This document shows positions 24,128 to 36,354 of a DNA stretch of 64,000 bases, piece by piece (within the stretch, counting starts at the first letter, position 1; each line of letters starts with the position of its first letter). The notes beneath the pieces were generated by a model. It was not told the DNA's origin and did not search any database. It saw only the letters and a list, made by a program, of their open reading frames with translations. This DNA is from Pseudovirgaria hyperparasitica. Lineage: Eukaryota. The translations under genes and the position numbers were made by a program. Location of the stretch: NCBI GenBank assembly GCA_010093815.1, contig ML996566.1; one strand, 5' to 3'.

Positions 24128-25943
24128 ATGCCTAAATTCAAAGTCAGCCAGGAGATCAACCTTCCCGATATTCCTTTCCCCTTTCGTTGGATACCTTCAG
24201 AGAATGCTGCAGATGACATCAAACTCGCCGTACAAAAGCGCACTGAGATGACTGTAGAGCGACTGTGCTGGGTGTTACGGAACGCACCTCGGTCCAACAG
24301 TATAAGAGACTACATCTCCTCTTTTGACGTGTCAATGGTTCGTTCAAATTTATCAACAAACTTGAATGGCCATAACCCATTATTTTACGCTGTGGCATCA
24401 ATGCACGTAGACGTCGTCGGTTTGCTAGTGGGCCTTGGAGGGGACATCAATGTCGCCCTCCCATCGAGACCTGGTTTAAGTATTCCTCTGATTGCTTTCG
24501 CTGCGCTTGAAGGCTGGTGTAGACTTCGTCGCCACCAAGGCACTGAAATGATACGAAAACTGTTGGCTCTAGGTGCCGACCACGAGCTGATACCTCGCGA
24601 CATGTGGGAGGACTATATTCGCGCGCCAGCAAAGCTCGCTCCTCCAGGGGCCCTACCACCAAAGGCCACTTGGTGCTCTGGAAGAATTCGAATCGCCCTC
24701 GCCAAGGCTCTCAACCTCACTGATCGATATCTGCTTTTTACAGCGGAGGAATACAAAAGTCCCAGCAGACTTCAGTCCCAAATTCTCAGCGACACGCAGT
24801 CGAAAAGCCTATTCGAGCTTCCATTCTACGTTGTAGCTCAGCGCTATGCTATCGAGCGTATCCAAAAATCCCTTATGTCTCACATTGTCGTGCAAGATAG
24901 GCGACCTTTAGTTTTAATATTTGGTGGGCCTTCAGGACATGGCAAGACAGAGTTAGCACGCCAAATAAAAGACCTTCTCAATGTGTCTTTTCACAACGTC
25001 AACTGCACAGACATGAAGTTCAATAACGATATCTTTGGTCCTCATGCGCCATATAAGGGATACGAAGACGGATCACCCCTCAACAATTTCCTGGCGGATC
25101 GGAATGGCAATCGAGCTGTTGTGCTGCTTGATGAGTTTGAGAAAACAAGTCAAGAGGTACATCACACACTGCTCAGGCCATTTGACGAAGGTCTGTAGCA
25201 TTCTGGCTGCCACTATTCATTAAAGGGCTTTCTAATCATATACAGGTATATATCAAGACCGTAGAAATGGTGATAACGTTGGTTGTAAGAACATGATCTT
25301 CATCATGACTACAAATCTTTTCGACGATGAGATTACGGCGTTCTACAACAACCATCTCGCCAAAAAGTCTCATACAGAAAGGAAGAATGTCAATGGGACC
25401 ATCTACAGAGAGTTGCAGTCGCGCCTCCGTCAGAAGATGCGCCAGAGATTTGGGGTAAGTGAAACATTCATGTTTTCCAACGTTGGGAAATTAACACGCT
25501 AATCGCTCAAATAGGTTCCTCTGGCAGGTCGCATCCGAGAAATTGTGCCGTTCTTTCCGTTCTCCCCAACAGAATTTCCAGTCGTGAGTCACAAGAACAT
25601 CCTCAAGCTGAGTGACTCCCTATACCCTCCGCCAGACAAGGACAATAAACGATACTTGGGGAAAATTCATATAGAAGTTGTAGACGAAGAAGCAGTTTGT
25701 CAGAATATTGTATATGACTCACAGGAAGGAGCACGCTCAATTGAGCGGGACATTGAGGATAAGATCAGAAATGGTGTCTTAGATCTTTATCTGGACAGAG
25801 ACGACAGCCTGGAAAATATTGCTAAGTCCCCACTGATGAATATGGAGGTTACAATTGAGCCGAATGATGGTGATAGGAAGATGATCATTGTACGCGATAA
25901 TGGCACTATCTCTGCACCTCGCGAGTTCCCTCTATCATTCTAG
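24128..25943 (+). CDS. Ankyrin-repeat + ClpB/Hsp104 NBD2-type AAA+ ATPase (Skd3/CLPB-like architecture); exons 24128..25190, 25246..25454, 25515..25943
   Basis: Ankyrin-like NPLFYAVASMHVDVVGLLVGLGGDIN and IRKLLALGAD. PLVLIFGGPSGHGKTELA (Walker A), pore loop FGPHAPYKGYEDG, VVLLDEFEK (Walker B), IFIMTTN (sensor 1), GRI (Arg finger), EGARSI (sensor 2). Confidence 0.85.
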
Positions 25944-26524
25944 TTCAAAACATCCTCACGAGAGTTATGGAATCTGTTCAGTCGGGATAGGGAAGTATGG
26001 TGATAGAGCTATACTATACGTTTCGGATTATAAGTTAAATTATAACATACTTTATCTAAGCCTAATTTTTTAGTTGAACCTCAATGACAAGACTTCTATT
26101 TCGGTAGCTAGGCCAAGTTCCTAGAGCTCCTATACTGCACAAAAATCTAATGATAACGTTATAATAGCCTAAATTGGAGGATGTTATGTAAATACTTCGC
26201 ATTCTTACTTTTGATCTCGAGTGGAAGCATGATCTATCTCTTCGGCTTGACTGTCCGTCCCGAATAGAGTTGACTCGGTCCTTGGAGATTTATTTCTAGA
26301 ACTTCTAAATATTACTGGAATTTGGTATCTAGTAGCCGTACTCTACTAATAGTCTAATACTCTAATTGGTATGAAGTATGAATCGTCTAAAGCGGGGCAT
26401 CACTGCTTGCAGCTACATCCCTGCCTAGCTGAGATACTTCATCGGATTACTTCCCGTACGCTCCGCCTTGCTTCTCGCATCAACCAAGAAATCTCACGTA
26501 CAGTTGAATCTCCTACTTTTCGTG

Positions 26525-29500
26525 ATGGAAGTTTTTATGCATAATGTGCCTGGAGATCTGACAGACAAGAGCCTCGCCATCCAACTAAGGCCAGTGATGG
26601 AAGCTCTGAATATCCGGGACTGGAGGTGCGAAAAGGTGAGGAAGAAGGCATTTGCTACTATTACATTTCTCCACACCGGTGATGGTATCCGGTTCCGACA
26701 TCAGCATGAGCAAGAACCTGTCTCGACCATCAATCTAAGCGGTAAGCCTCAGTACAAAGCAAGGTTGCATCTACTTGGAAATGAAGTGTACTGCACCTTA
26801 AGCCACAAGAATCCAAATCCGTTCCTTCTCAAATCTCTTGCGAAGGTTGCTGAAGATCGTTCTCATATGGAAAAAGAGAGGTAGGAAATCTAACATTAGG
26901 GATGATACGGCATTAACCTCTATTAGCAGACGCCCAGAAGAACCGAAAGATGATACAGTGGTATTTACAACGAAGAGTATATCTTGCGGCTGCTATAGGT
27001 ACATGGGCAAGAGCCTGGCTTACTTTCCAGAATTTGTGTGGCCAACGATCGAAGGCTCGGCGAGATTTTTGAAACAGTCGCTGTTTATCAGTTATCGGGA
27101 TTCCCATGGCTGCAAGAAAGTTGAAATTCCGTTTCGGATCATCGAAAGTCTTGTTGCATCGGCTGCCTCCCATACACTCACTTTGACTCTCTGGGAGCCC
27201 CCAAAGCTCTATCAAGTGCACGATCAGCAGCTTCAGAGCGCCATGGCACAACTAAGCTTCAATCGACGTGCGGAAAAAGGACCCGATATGAGCCGCCTCA
27301 GTGGCTTGACCCAAGATGTTTACGACCACCAAAGGATTATGGGTCTGACTCTTGTCTTTCAGCTCACAGTGTCCGCGTTTGCATTTGATGTATACGTGAA
27401 TAGACTAATCAAACGCGAGACTATCTCGATATGGCAGCGAGATCTCTGTAAGCCCAAAGTGTCCCAAGAAAGATCTCTGCGGCTCGATCAGCAGAATTTG
27501 CAAGCACAGATCCAAAATGTCACGAAAAGCGTGCCATTCAGTGTCTTATTCCAGATGGAAGCTCTGGTGCGCAACGGGTATCTTCTACCGTCGACTGTTG
27601 AGGGCCTACTGAAGAGAATTGCGACGTGCTCGGAGAGCATCTCTGATACCGCTATTAGAAAGTTGTTCGAACAACTACCGTTTCCAGGCCCAGAGGTTGA
27701 CGCATCTGTGTTCGACTTAGATGAGCTATGGGATTACTTGTTAGACAACGAGATCCAAACTAGGGAGGCGCTCTTCAAGCCTCTGATCACTGTAAGATTC
27801 ATCGCGCACTTAATCAAGTTCGAAGGTTGGGGATTCCCACGCGTCGCTAATAGTCATCTAGGATAGAGCTCTTCAAAATATTGTCATGGTTTACAAAGCT
27901 CGTGTAACACCAACTCGAACTACCCTTCATGGCCCTGAGCCTGAAGCAAAGAATCGTGTGCTCAGGCGCTTCCCGGAACATACGAATTTCTTTCTGCGCG
28001 TACAGTTCTGTGAGGAGGACGGTACTGATCTGCAATTTAGCACCACTGTATCAAACCGGAAAGTATATGATCGCTTCACTAGTGTTCTGAATAAAGGTAT
28101 CAGCATCTGTGGTAGAGTGTATGGCTTCCTCGGATTTTCGCACTCGTCTCTCCGCAGTCACGCCGCTTGGTTCATGTCCACTTTCTTTAGTGAGAAGCAG
28201 CTACAGTCTTATGTCACCATCATCAAGTGGCTCGGTAATTTCGACAAGATTCGGTCTCCTGCTCGCTGTGCTGCTCGGATCGGCCAGGCCTTCTCCGAGA
28301 CCCCTCTTGCTGTTTCATTAACAGACAACAGTATAAAAACACGTCAGATCCCGGATGTGAGTGTTCGTACAGATGGCGTGGAACGTGTTTTCAGCGACGG
28401 CGTCGGACTCATCTCACAAACGGCTTTGGAACTGATACACAAAGCGCTACCCAACCAGAACTCGTATCCAACATGCTTTCAGATCCGTTGGGGTGGAGCG
28501 AAAGGCATGATTAGCCTACATACCCGTCTACAAGGCAATGTTATGCTTTACCGCCCATCAATGGTTAAGTTTGAAAGTCAGGTTACTGCCAACCTGGAGA
28601 TATGTGACCTAGGTCGCAAGCCAATTGCCATGATGTTGAATCGTCAGGTACGTCTAGTCCTCAGTACACAGTTGCCTATACAAAGCCTCATATATTAACA
28701 TGATAATTCTCAGCTTGTCAAAATCCTCGAAGATTTGGGCGTATCTTACAACTGGTTCTCGGCGCGTCAACAAGAAGCACTCCGCCATCTCCGACTACTT
28801 ACTGCAAACGTCACGAATACCGTAAGTTATCTCCAGCACCAGAAAATCGCAGACAGCATTGGTTTTCCGCAGTTGATTCGGCGTCTAAACGATATCGGAG
28901 CGAGCTACAAACACGACCGCTTCCTCCGCTCTGTTGTAGAGACTCTGATTCTACGGGAGCTGCGGCTGCTAAAACACAAAGCTAGAATAGAGATCCGAGA
29001 AGGCGTTACACTTTTCGGCATCATGGATGAGACTGGCTACCTGGAAGAAGGTGAGGTCTTCATCACTTTCGAGAAGTCGAAGTCCGGCTTCTTAAAGACG
29101 TCTTTCCTCGATCTTGATAACCAGCAGATTATCGTTACCAGGTCCCCGGCACTTCATCCTGGTGACATTCAACTTGCTACAAACATTGTTCCACCGGATT
29201 ACCACTCACTCAGAGCACATCGCAATTGCATCATCTTCTCTCAAAAGGGCCAGAGAGACTTGCCGAGCTGCTTGAGCGGTGGTGACCTTGATGGTGATAT
29301 TTATAACATCATCTGGGATCAAAACGCGGTCCGTGAGTGTAGATATGTACAAAAGCCAGCAGACTATGCTCGTGTAACCCCTATCAGTCTCGACCGACCT
29401 GTGACGAAAGAAGACATGTCTAGCTTCTTCGTCAAATTCATGGAGACAGATCAACTGGGCATCATTGCTGTGAAGCATATGTGTCTTGCAGATCAAAAAG

Positions 29501-30561
29501 ATGCCGGCACTATTGATGCTGGTTTGTTACTCGGGTACCCAGCTATGATAGCACGCCTCGCTAATCCTTCATCCAGGGTGCAAGACTCTTGCAGAGATGC
29601 ATTCAACAGGTGTTGACTACTCGAAAACAGGTATTCCTATCGACATGTCTCAACTAAGAGGTCTAAAAATTGATCGTCACCGGCCTGATTTGTAAGTGAA
29701 AGCAACTCAAGTAGCCTGGTATTGAGCAAAAAGAGACTTACATACACGTAGCCTTGCGCCCGCTCCTATTGCAAATATCAAGGATCGTACCGAGATCATA
29801 TTTGACGCGCCTACCGCTCCAAGTGCGGAGGTGAATGCAGACGAAGAAAGTACAGGACCTTCCTACTCATACTACAAGTCCGACAAAGCTCTTGGACGGC
29901 TCTATCGCGCAGTAGATGAAAAGAAAGTTTGGTATGACGAAGTCAAGACTAGTTACAAGCCAGATGTTGACATATGGTCAATGTTCCGAGACTACGTGTA
30001 TGATGAGCTTGACCACTCGTATACACAGATGAGGTATTCGAAGTCGCACATAAAGGAGGCCTGGGAAATTCGTCACGCGTGGGTGTTCTTGTCCTAGCCT
30101 GCTTCCGAACTCTGATTCCCTCCAGATACGAAGGCGGCGTCGCAACCACGACTGCCGACTACTCGGAGCATGCATCTAAGACTCTCACCGAGCTAGAATT
30201 TTTCACTGGTAACATCTTTAACAAAACAGGCTCTCAAACGCCACGCCAACGCGACAAGTCCATGAAACTCAAGGACGAATTTGATCGTATCACGAAATGG
30301 GGAGCTACCATGATGCGTAGACGTAATCTCATGGCACTGGAAGAGGATGAAGATGAACGATTTAGTCAAAAGAGTGGCACTGATGAAGCTTTGAAGTTAT
30401 GCCTTGCTTGTTTCGACGTAGGTCGGATGGACGATCCGCAGAAACGAAATGGTATGGGTGGGAGGGCTAAGAATACCTGTGAGAGTTTCAAGGTCGTCGC
30501 GGCGTGCTGCGTCGTAAAGGAACTTGATGCAGCTATATGGAGAGCAGAAGCTGGCCATTGA
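26525..30561 (+). CDS. Eukaryotic RNA-dependent RNA polymerase (RNAi RdRP with N-terminal RRM-like region; SAD-1/RRP-3-type rather than QDE-1-type); 7 exons
   Basis: NRVLRRF, FLRVQFCEE, FLGFSHSSLR, AARIGQAFS, FSDGVG, FQIRWGGAKG, RSPALHPGD, catalytic SGGDLDGD, and HSTGVDYSKTG. Six introns (26881-26929, 27792-27861, 28648-28713, 29522-29576, 29692-29751, 30079-30125) give one uninterrupted frame. Confidence 0.95.
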
Positions 30562-31004
30562 TCACGATGACGAACTTAATGATTTGCTAAATTCCGTGCC
30601 AGACAATTGGCGTTTCCATGGTCAGGTTCGGGAATTTTTTATGACACCGTATATACTCCTGCCTCGTCATCTGAGGTTCATGTTGCTCCACTAAGACCGG
30701 AATGATATGGAGCCAGACACCATTCGTTAAAGTTGTGTTCGTCCTCTGTAGATTTTTCATAACGTCATATGACCATATAACACTACGATCCTACGACAGA
30801 CTATGAGCGTCTATTACGACGCATAGGAATATTTGCACATCTTAAGATAGTGTGTATCATCAGGCGTTGCATAAATAGCCTGGGTCAGCCGGTTCCTTTG
30901 CAGTACGATGTTATTATTACGACTGACCAGACTATGCGACGTTACCCAAGGAGACGAGAAAGAGAGACCGCGACTGTACTGCAGAAGTCTTGTCTATCAT
31001 GACA

Positions 31005-32699
31005 CTACGTCTCAAATTTTGCTCTCGCTTGCTGGCCAAGGTGCAAAAGCCGCTCGATTTTGTCCTTAGATCCTTTGACGAATGACTCCGCAACTTCGTC
31101 TTTCCGCATCGGATCCAAGGCTAACACGTCATATCCATCGTCGAATCCTGGAAACACCGGCCTGCTAGAGCCGATTGTCTGCAAAATACAGAGTTCGTAT
31201 GCCAGGGGCGTCAGGCTCATCTTGGGCAACGGTGCCAGCGTTTTCAAATACCCCAAGTTTGTCTGACCTTGAAGCATTTCCGGTGGCAGTGCTCTCGAAC
31301 CTGAATCCTGAACTGCACCGAAGCGACTTGTCTTGAAGTACTTGAGAATGCCCATTGCTGTACCACACAGACTGGGGCTGATATTCCAGCCGATCGCAGG
31401 GTCAGTCTTTCCGGTGAACCGCTTCAACAATACGCTTTGCACCGCCAAAGCCGTCGCGTACCCAGTCGTGTAGTCATTGATCACCATCCCAGGTGGCCAC
31501 CTAGGCTTTGCATCTTCCTCTCCCTCGCCCATAACAGCCATCATACCGCTGCTAGCCGAACCTTGCATATCGAAGCCAGGCTTGGAAGCCCACGGCCCGG
31601 TTGTACCATAGCAGCGCGTGCGACAAACAATCAACCCCGGGTTGATCCGACGTAGATCTTCTTCGCCGAACCCGAACTTCGAAATAGCATTTGCTCGGTA
31701 CGAATCGATCCATACATGTGCTTGCCCGACCAGATCTCTGAGACGAGATACATCACTTCCCCTATGGAGGTTCAAGCGAGAGGATGCAGTACCTAGGTTG
31801 GCGTATGTGTAGACGAAGGGGTGCTCAAACCCATGAGTGAACATGATTTGAAGAACAGAAGCCCCGTGTTCAGCGAGGGTTCGGCCGGCGGATGGACCAG
31901 CGATGGCGTGAGTGAGACAGAGAACCTTTATACCTGATAATGGTCGGTGGCATGAATCGGGAAGATACGACCAAGGAATATTCTCTGTTATGGGTTGAAG
32001 GCTCTTTGCAGGCTCAGTGGGAACCCATGGCAGTTGGGCCAAATGACTGCCTTGAGGATGTGAACTCCATGATTCTTCAGTCTGACAGATGGCCATGGGC
32101 ATGCCTGCTGCAGCAGCCGCAACTTCGAGCTCTGTGGTTATCATCAACGTCAGGCCAACCCGGAAAACTATCGCAGTGCGTCAGTGCCTACCTTCCGAAT
32201 TCCACTTCCTCACTGCGTTCCTCACAGCACTCTCTGCAACCGAACAACCCAAAAATGCACTCCATCGATACACCAGATCAACGTACACAGCACTCAGGAC
32301 GACCGACCGTCCATCCCTTGTCTCAAAGATATTGAAAAGAAAAGGATTGCCAGCCACCATATCCAACGGTATCTCCTGTCCATTGAGTGAAGGCGTCATC
32401 CCAATATCCGGATCGATATAGTTGTGTCCGCGCCGCAGATCAGACTCAACGCATTGTCGCTTGCCCCCTCGAGCCTCCCATATCTGCGCTGCTGTGACAG
32501 CATTTGCCAATGCCGGTATTGTGCCTATGAGTGACAGATTGATCTTCTCGCTTTTAGTCTCCGACACCGGCGGAATGCCTCCGATGAAACTGATTGTGGG
32601 TCCTTTCTCACTGGTGGGTAAAGGGATGTTGAAATCGAGCAGAATATCTTGCAAAGTACGCAGTGCGACCTCGTGGGAGGTCACTGACGAGCCAGCCAT
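31005..32699 (-). CDS. CoA-transferase family III (CaiB/BaiF) protein; exons 32699..32192, 32131..31005
   Basis: RPLSGIKVLCLTHAIAGPSAGRTLAEHGA, YGTTGPWASKPGFD, and VINDYTTG (catalytic Asp). Intron 32191..32132. Confidence 0.9.
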
Positions 32700-33615
32700 G
32701 ACTGAAGGCAGACACGCGGTAAGTTTATCGCGACACGAACAGGATCTTGGAGGGCAGCATGTGAGTATTTATATGGTAAATGGATACACTGGTACGTCTC
32801 CAACTAAGCTTTTACGTGAAAAATAGGATGACGTTGTCGAATCGAGTGAATAGAGCATGGGTAAATTCCGTGGAAGTCGGCCACGATCAAATTATTCAGC
32901 TACACGCATATGCTCTGTAAGGCGGGATACTCCGTCGTAGTTCTCCGAGCGAATTTAGAACAGCCTAGGCGTTCACTGTAGGGGTCAAACAAACAACTCA
33001 TAACAAGAGATGTCTTCGATAGAGATTTGATGCATCTTGACCACTTTAGGGAAGTAGAGCAACAAAAAATAAGAGCAGGAAGTAACGAGTATACTCTCTT
33101 ATTATCAGGTGATGTTACTAGGCCTACATAAATGGTAATATAATAAGTTGGTCTGATGAAATAGTGCTACAAACAAGCTTTGGAAGATATAATCCCCAAA
33201 TCCGAGAAAAGTATCAGTAGTACTTAATATATAGACCTTCCACTTCAGTATTCCCGCTAAAAGGATAAAGTAGAAGTTTTATATGCAAGTTTTCAACCTA
33301 ACATCAACTTGCACTTCGTTAACTCGTTCGCAGAGACAGCGAACATTGCATTTAGCCGGCCAGCTAACAAGCATATACCCCAGATTCGCGGGTAGCCAAG
33401 ATAAAGACCCACATCCTCCCCTCTTCACGACGTAGGGTTGATCCCTACCGCTATCCAATAAGACCACTTACTGATAGTTTTATCCGGAAATTCTCATTCT
33501 CCATGCCACGCCACATAACGATCATCAGTCGGGGTCTCGACCATGTATTTAGCAGCACTGCTGCCCTCAATGTTCCTCTGCCGATGGAAATCCCACTTGT
33601 GTATTTACTAACAAA

Positions 33616-36354
33616 ATGCATGTTAATCTGCGGCAGAGTCTTTGGACGCATGTTCTCATAGCCTGTCTATACATCGTGGTGATTGTGCACGCGACTGGGC
33701 TACCCAGTGAATTAAACCACTCATCACCCGGACGACAGCGGATAAGGCTTCATACAGGATGGCGCTTCCAACGGTCTGAATCAAACCCGGATGGTCTGAT
33801 ATACGACCTTCGCCCCGATGCCAATGGCACGGAGCTCCAGGTATTGAGACCGTGGATCCTGCCCGATGCAAACCAATATATCAGGGACACGGACAAACAC
33901 CACGCGCGGCCGCCCGGCAATCCGGGGGCTAATGTTTCTTTCGTATGGAACGACTTCGATGATTCGTCCTGGCAGAGTATCACCGTGCCGCATGACTGGG
34001 CTATTGCAGGCCCGTTCCAGAATGATAGCTTTTTGTCCTCTATGGGATCTTTGCCAGTTTATGGCGTGGGCTGGTACCGGAATACAGTAACGATTCCAGC
34101 TGAGTACAAGGATGGGAACTTGTTGCTTGAGGTTGATGGAGCGATGTCGTATCCTATGGTCTGGTTGAATGGGAACTTCGTTGGAGGCTGGGCGTATGGG
34201 TATAACTCTTTTCAGCTGGATCTCACCCCCTTTGTGAGATTCGGACAAGAGAATCTGCTGGCCATTCGCACGGAGGGTCCCTGGGATACGTTCTCTCGTT
34301 GGTATCCAGGAGCTGGGTTGTATCGCAACGTATGGATCGCAAGTGTCTCTCCCGTTCATGTTGTGCAGTACGGAACACATGTAATATCGAGAGATGTGAC
34401 TGAGGAGTCAGCAACAGTCGATCTCAGCGTTCAGATTGAGAATAGCGGAAAGGACGAGATTCAGCGTGTTGAAGTCGTGACAACCACATTCGAAGTGGAA
34501 TCAAGATCTGGCCTCTCTGGCAACAAAATAGCTAACCGACAGTCCACATTCCTGGACATCCCTCCAAATGAAAGAGTTGCAACCAATATCTCGTTCAAAA
34601 TTGATCGTCCACGGCTCTGGGGTCCAGTACCATCCCAGACGCCCTCTCTCTACAAGGCTGTGACCCAGCTATACCGAGAGAGCATGCTCATAGACACATA
34701 CAACACCACTTTCGGCATCAGATCCGTTGAAATGAGCTCTACGAACGGCCTACTGATCAACGGCAAACGCGTCTACATCCAAGGCGTCAACATGCATCAC
34801 GACCTAGGCCCCATAGGAGCCGCATTCAACACGCGCGCCGCCGAACGACAACTACAGATCCTGCAAGACATGGGCGTCAACGCAATCCGCACGGCGCACA
34901 ACCCGCCCGCTCCCGAGCTCCTCGATCTCACCGACCGCATGGGCATGCTCGTACTCGACGAGATCTTCGACTGCTGGGAAGTCGCAAAGACACCGTCGGA
35001 CTACCACTTGATCTTCCCAGACTGGCACGAGCCCGATCTGCGCTCCTTCATTCGGCGCGATCGCAATCACCCGTCGGTGTTTATGTGGTCCTTCGGAAAT
35101 GAAGTCCCGGAACAGAGCGTCGCGCTCGACGCTCGCGCCGCGGTGATAGCGACTGCTCTGGGCGATATCGTCAAGCAAGAAGATCCCACGCGCCTCTCGA
35201 CGTGCTCGATGAATCTGTCCAAGCCTAACCAATCCCTGCCCAATGCACTCGACGTCATCGCACTAAACTACCAGGGCGAAGGGATCCGCTATGGGCCAGG
35301 CTACGAGCACTTAACAGGCAACCGCAGTCCGCCGCAATACGACGCCTTCCATGCGAAGTTCCCCGAAAAGGCAATTTTTGGCAGTGAAATTGCCTGGTCA
35401 CTGAGCACACGAGGCACCTTTTTCTTTCCCGTAACCAACCTGACGAGTGCGCCCGCGAACGACACAAGTCTGGTCGCAGACGGAGGCGGGAATTCGACGC
35501 TGAAGGAAGTCAGTGCGTACGAGCTGTACACGTCGCAAGCAGGCTCGTCGCCCGAGAAAGTCTTTGCCGCGCAGGACACGCACCCCTTCGTCGCAGGTGG
35601 GTTCGTATGGGTTGGCTTCGATCATCTCGGGGAGCCGTATCCCTACGAAGGCACGCGAAGCACGATATCAGGGGTCCTAGACCTGTCCGGGTTCAAAAAA
35701 GAGCGGTTCTGGCTGTATCAGGCACGGTGGAGATCAGAGACAAGAATGGCGAAGATCGTGCCGCACTGGACTTGGGCTGGGCGAGAGGGGTTGATCACGC
35801 CTGTTCATGTGTTCACGTCAGCAGACGAGGGCGAGATATTCGTCAACAATGTATCACAGGGACGATTGACGAAGGATGCGGATGCCTATCGGTTTAGGTG
35901 GGATCAGGTAATATATGAGCCAGGAGAGCTCAGAGTTGTGACGTGGAAGAATGGGACATTCTGGGCAGAGGACAGAGTGAGGACTGCTGGGCAGGCTTCG
36001 AAGCTAGTGCTTACTGCCGATCGGAGTGTCGTTGCTGCGGATGGAGAAGATCTCTCATTCGTGACGGCGGAGGTGCTTGATGCAGATGGGAATTTTGTGC
36101 CTGACGCGAATGCACATATCACGTTCTCCGTAAATGGCACAGGTGAGATTATTGCGACAGACAACGGATTTGCAGGCGACTACGTGAGTTTCCAGTCCAC
36201 TATGCGAGCTGCATTCAACGGTATGGCACTGGTTGTAGTGCGATCTATTCCGGACATGAGTGGTACGACGATAGTAACAGCGACGGCTGGAGGATTGGAG
36301 GCTGCGGTCGTGGAGATTGGAACTCGCTCATTTATTTCCACGCACGCTATGTAG
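33616..36354 (+). CDS. Secreted glycoside hydrolase family 2 (beta-galactosidase-like)
   Basis: Intronless 912-aa ORF with a signal peptide. VPHDW, SRWYPGAGLYRNV, GVNMHHDLG, NAIRTAHNPP, RDRNHPSVFMWSFGNE (acid/base), GSE (nucleophile region), GFVWVGFDHLGEP. Confidence 0.93.
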   Translation: MHVNLRQSLWTHVLIACLYIVVIVHATGLPSELNHSSPGRQRIRLHTGWRFQRSESNPDGLIYDLRPDANGTELQVLRPWILPDANQYIRDTDKHHARPPGNPGANVSFVWNDFDDSSWQSITVPHDWAIAGPFQNDSFLSSMGSLPVYGVGWYRNTVTIPAEYKDGNLLLEVDGAMSYPMVWLNGNFVGGWAYGYNSFQLDLTPFVRFGQENLLAIRTEGPWDTFSRWYPGAGLYRNVWIASVSPVHVVQYGTHVISRDVTEESATVDLSVQIENSGKDEIQRVEVVTTTFEVESRSGLSGNKIANRQSTFLDIPPNERVATNISFKIDRPRLWGPVPSQTPSLYKAVTQLYRESMLIDTYNTTFGIRSVEMSSTNGLLINGKRVYIQGVNMHHDLGPIGAAFNTRAAERQLQILQDMGVNAIRTAHNPPAPELLDLTDRMGMLVLDEIFDCWEVAKTPSDYHLIFPDWHEPDLRSFIRRDRNHPSVFMWSFGNEVPEQSVALDARAAVIATALGDIVKQEDPTRLSTCSMNLSKPNQSLPNALDVIALNYQGEGIRYGPGYEHLTGNRSPPQYDAFHAKFPEKAIFGSEIAWSLSTRGTFFFPVTNLTSAPANDTSLVADGGGNSTLKEVSAYELYTSQAGSSPEKVFAAQDTHPFVAGGFVWVGFDHLGEPYPYEGTRSTISGVLDLSGFKKERFWLYQARWRSETRMAKIVPHWTWAGREGLITPVHVFTSADEGEIFVNNVSQGRLTKDADAYRFRWDQVIYEPGELRVVTWKNGTFWAEDRVRTAGQASKLVLTADRSVVAADGEDLSFVTAEVLDADGNFVPDANAHITFSVNGTGEIIATDNGFAGDYVSFQSTMRAAFNGMALVVVRSIPDMSGTTIVTATAGGLEAAVVEIGTRSFISTHAM

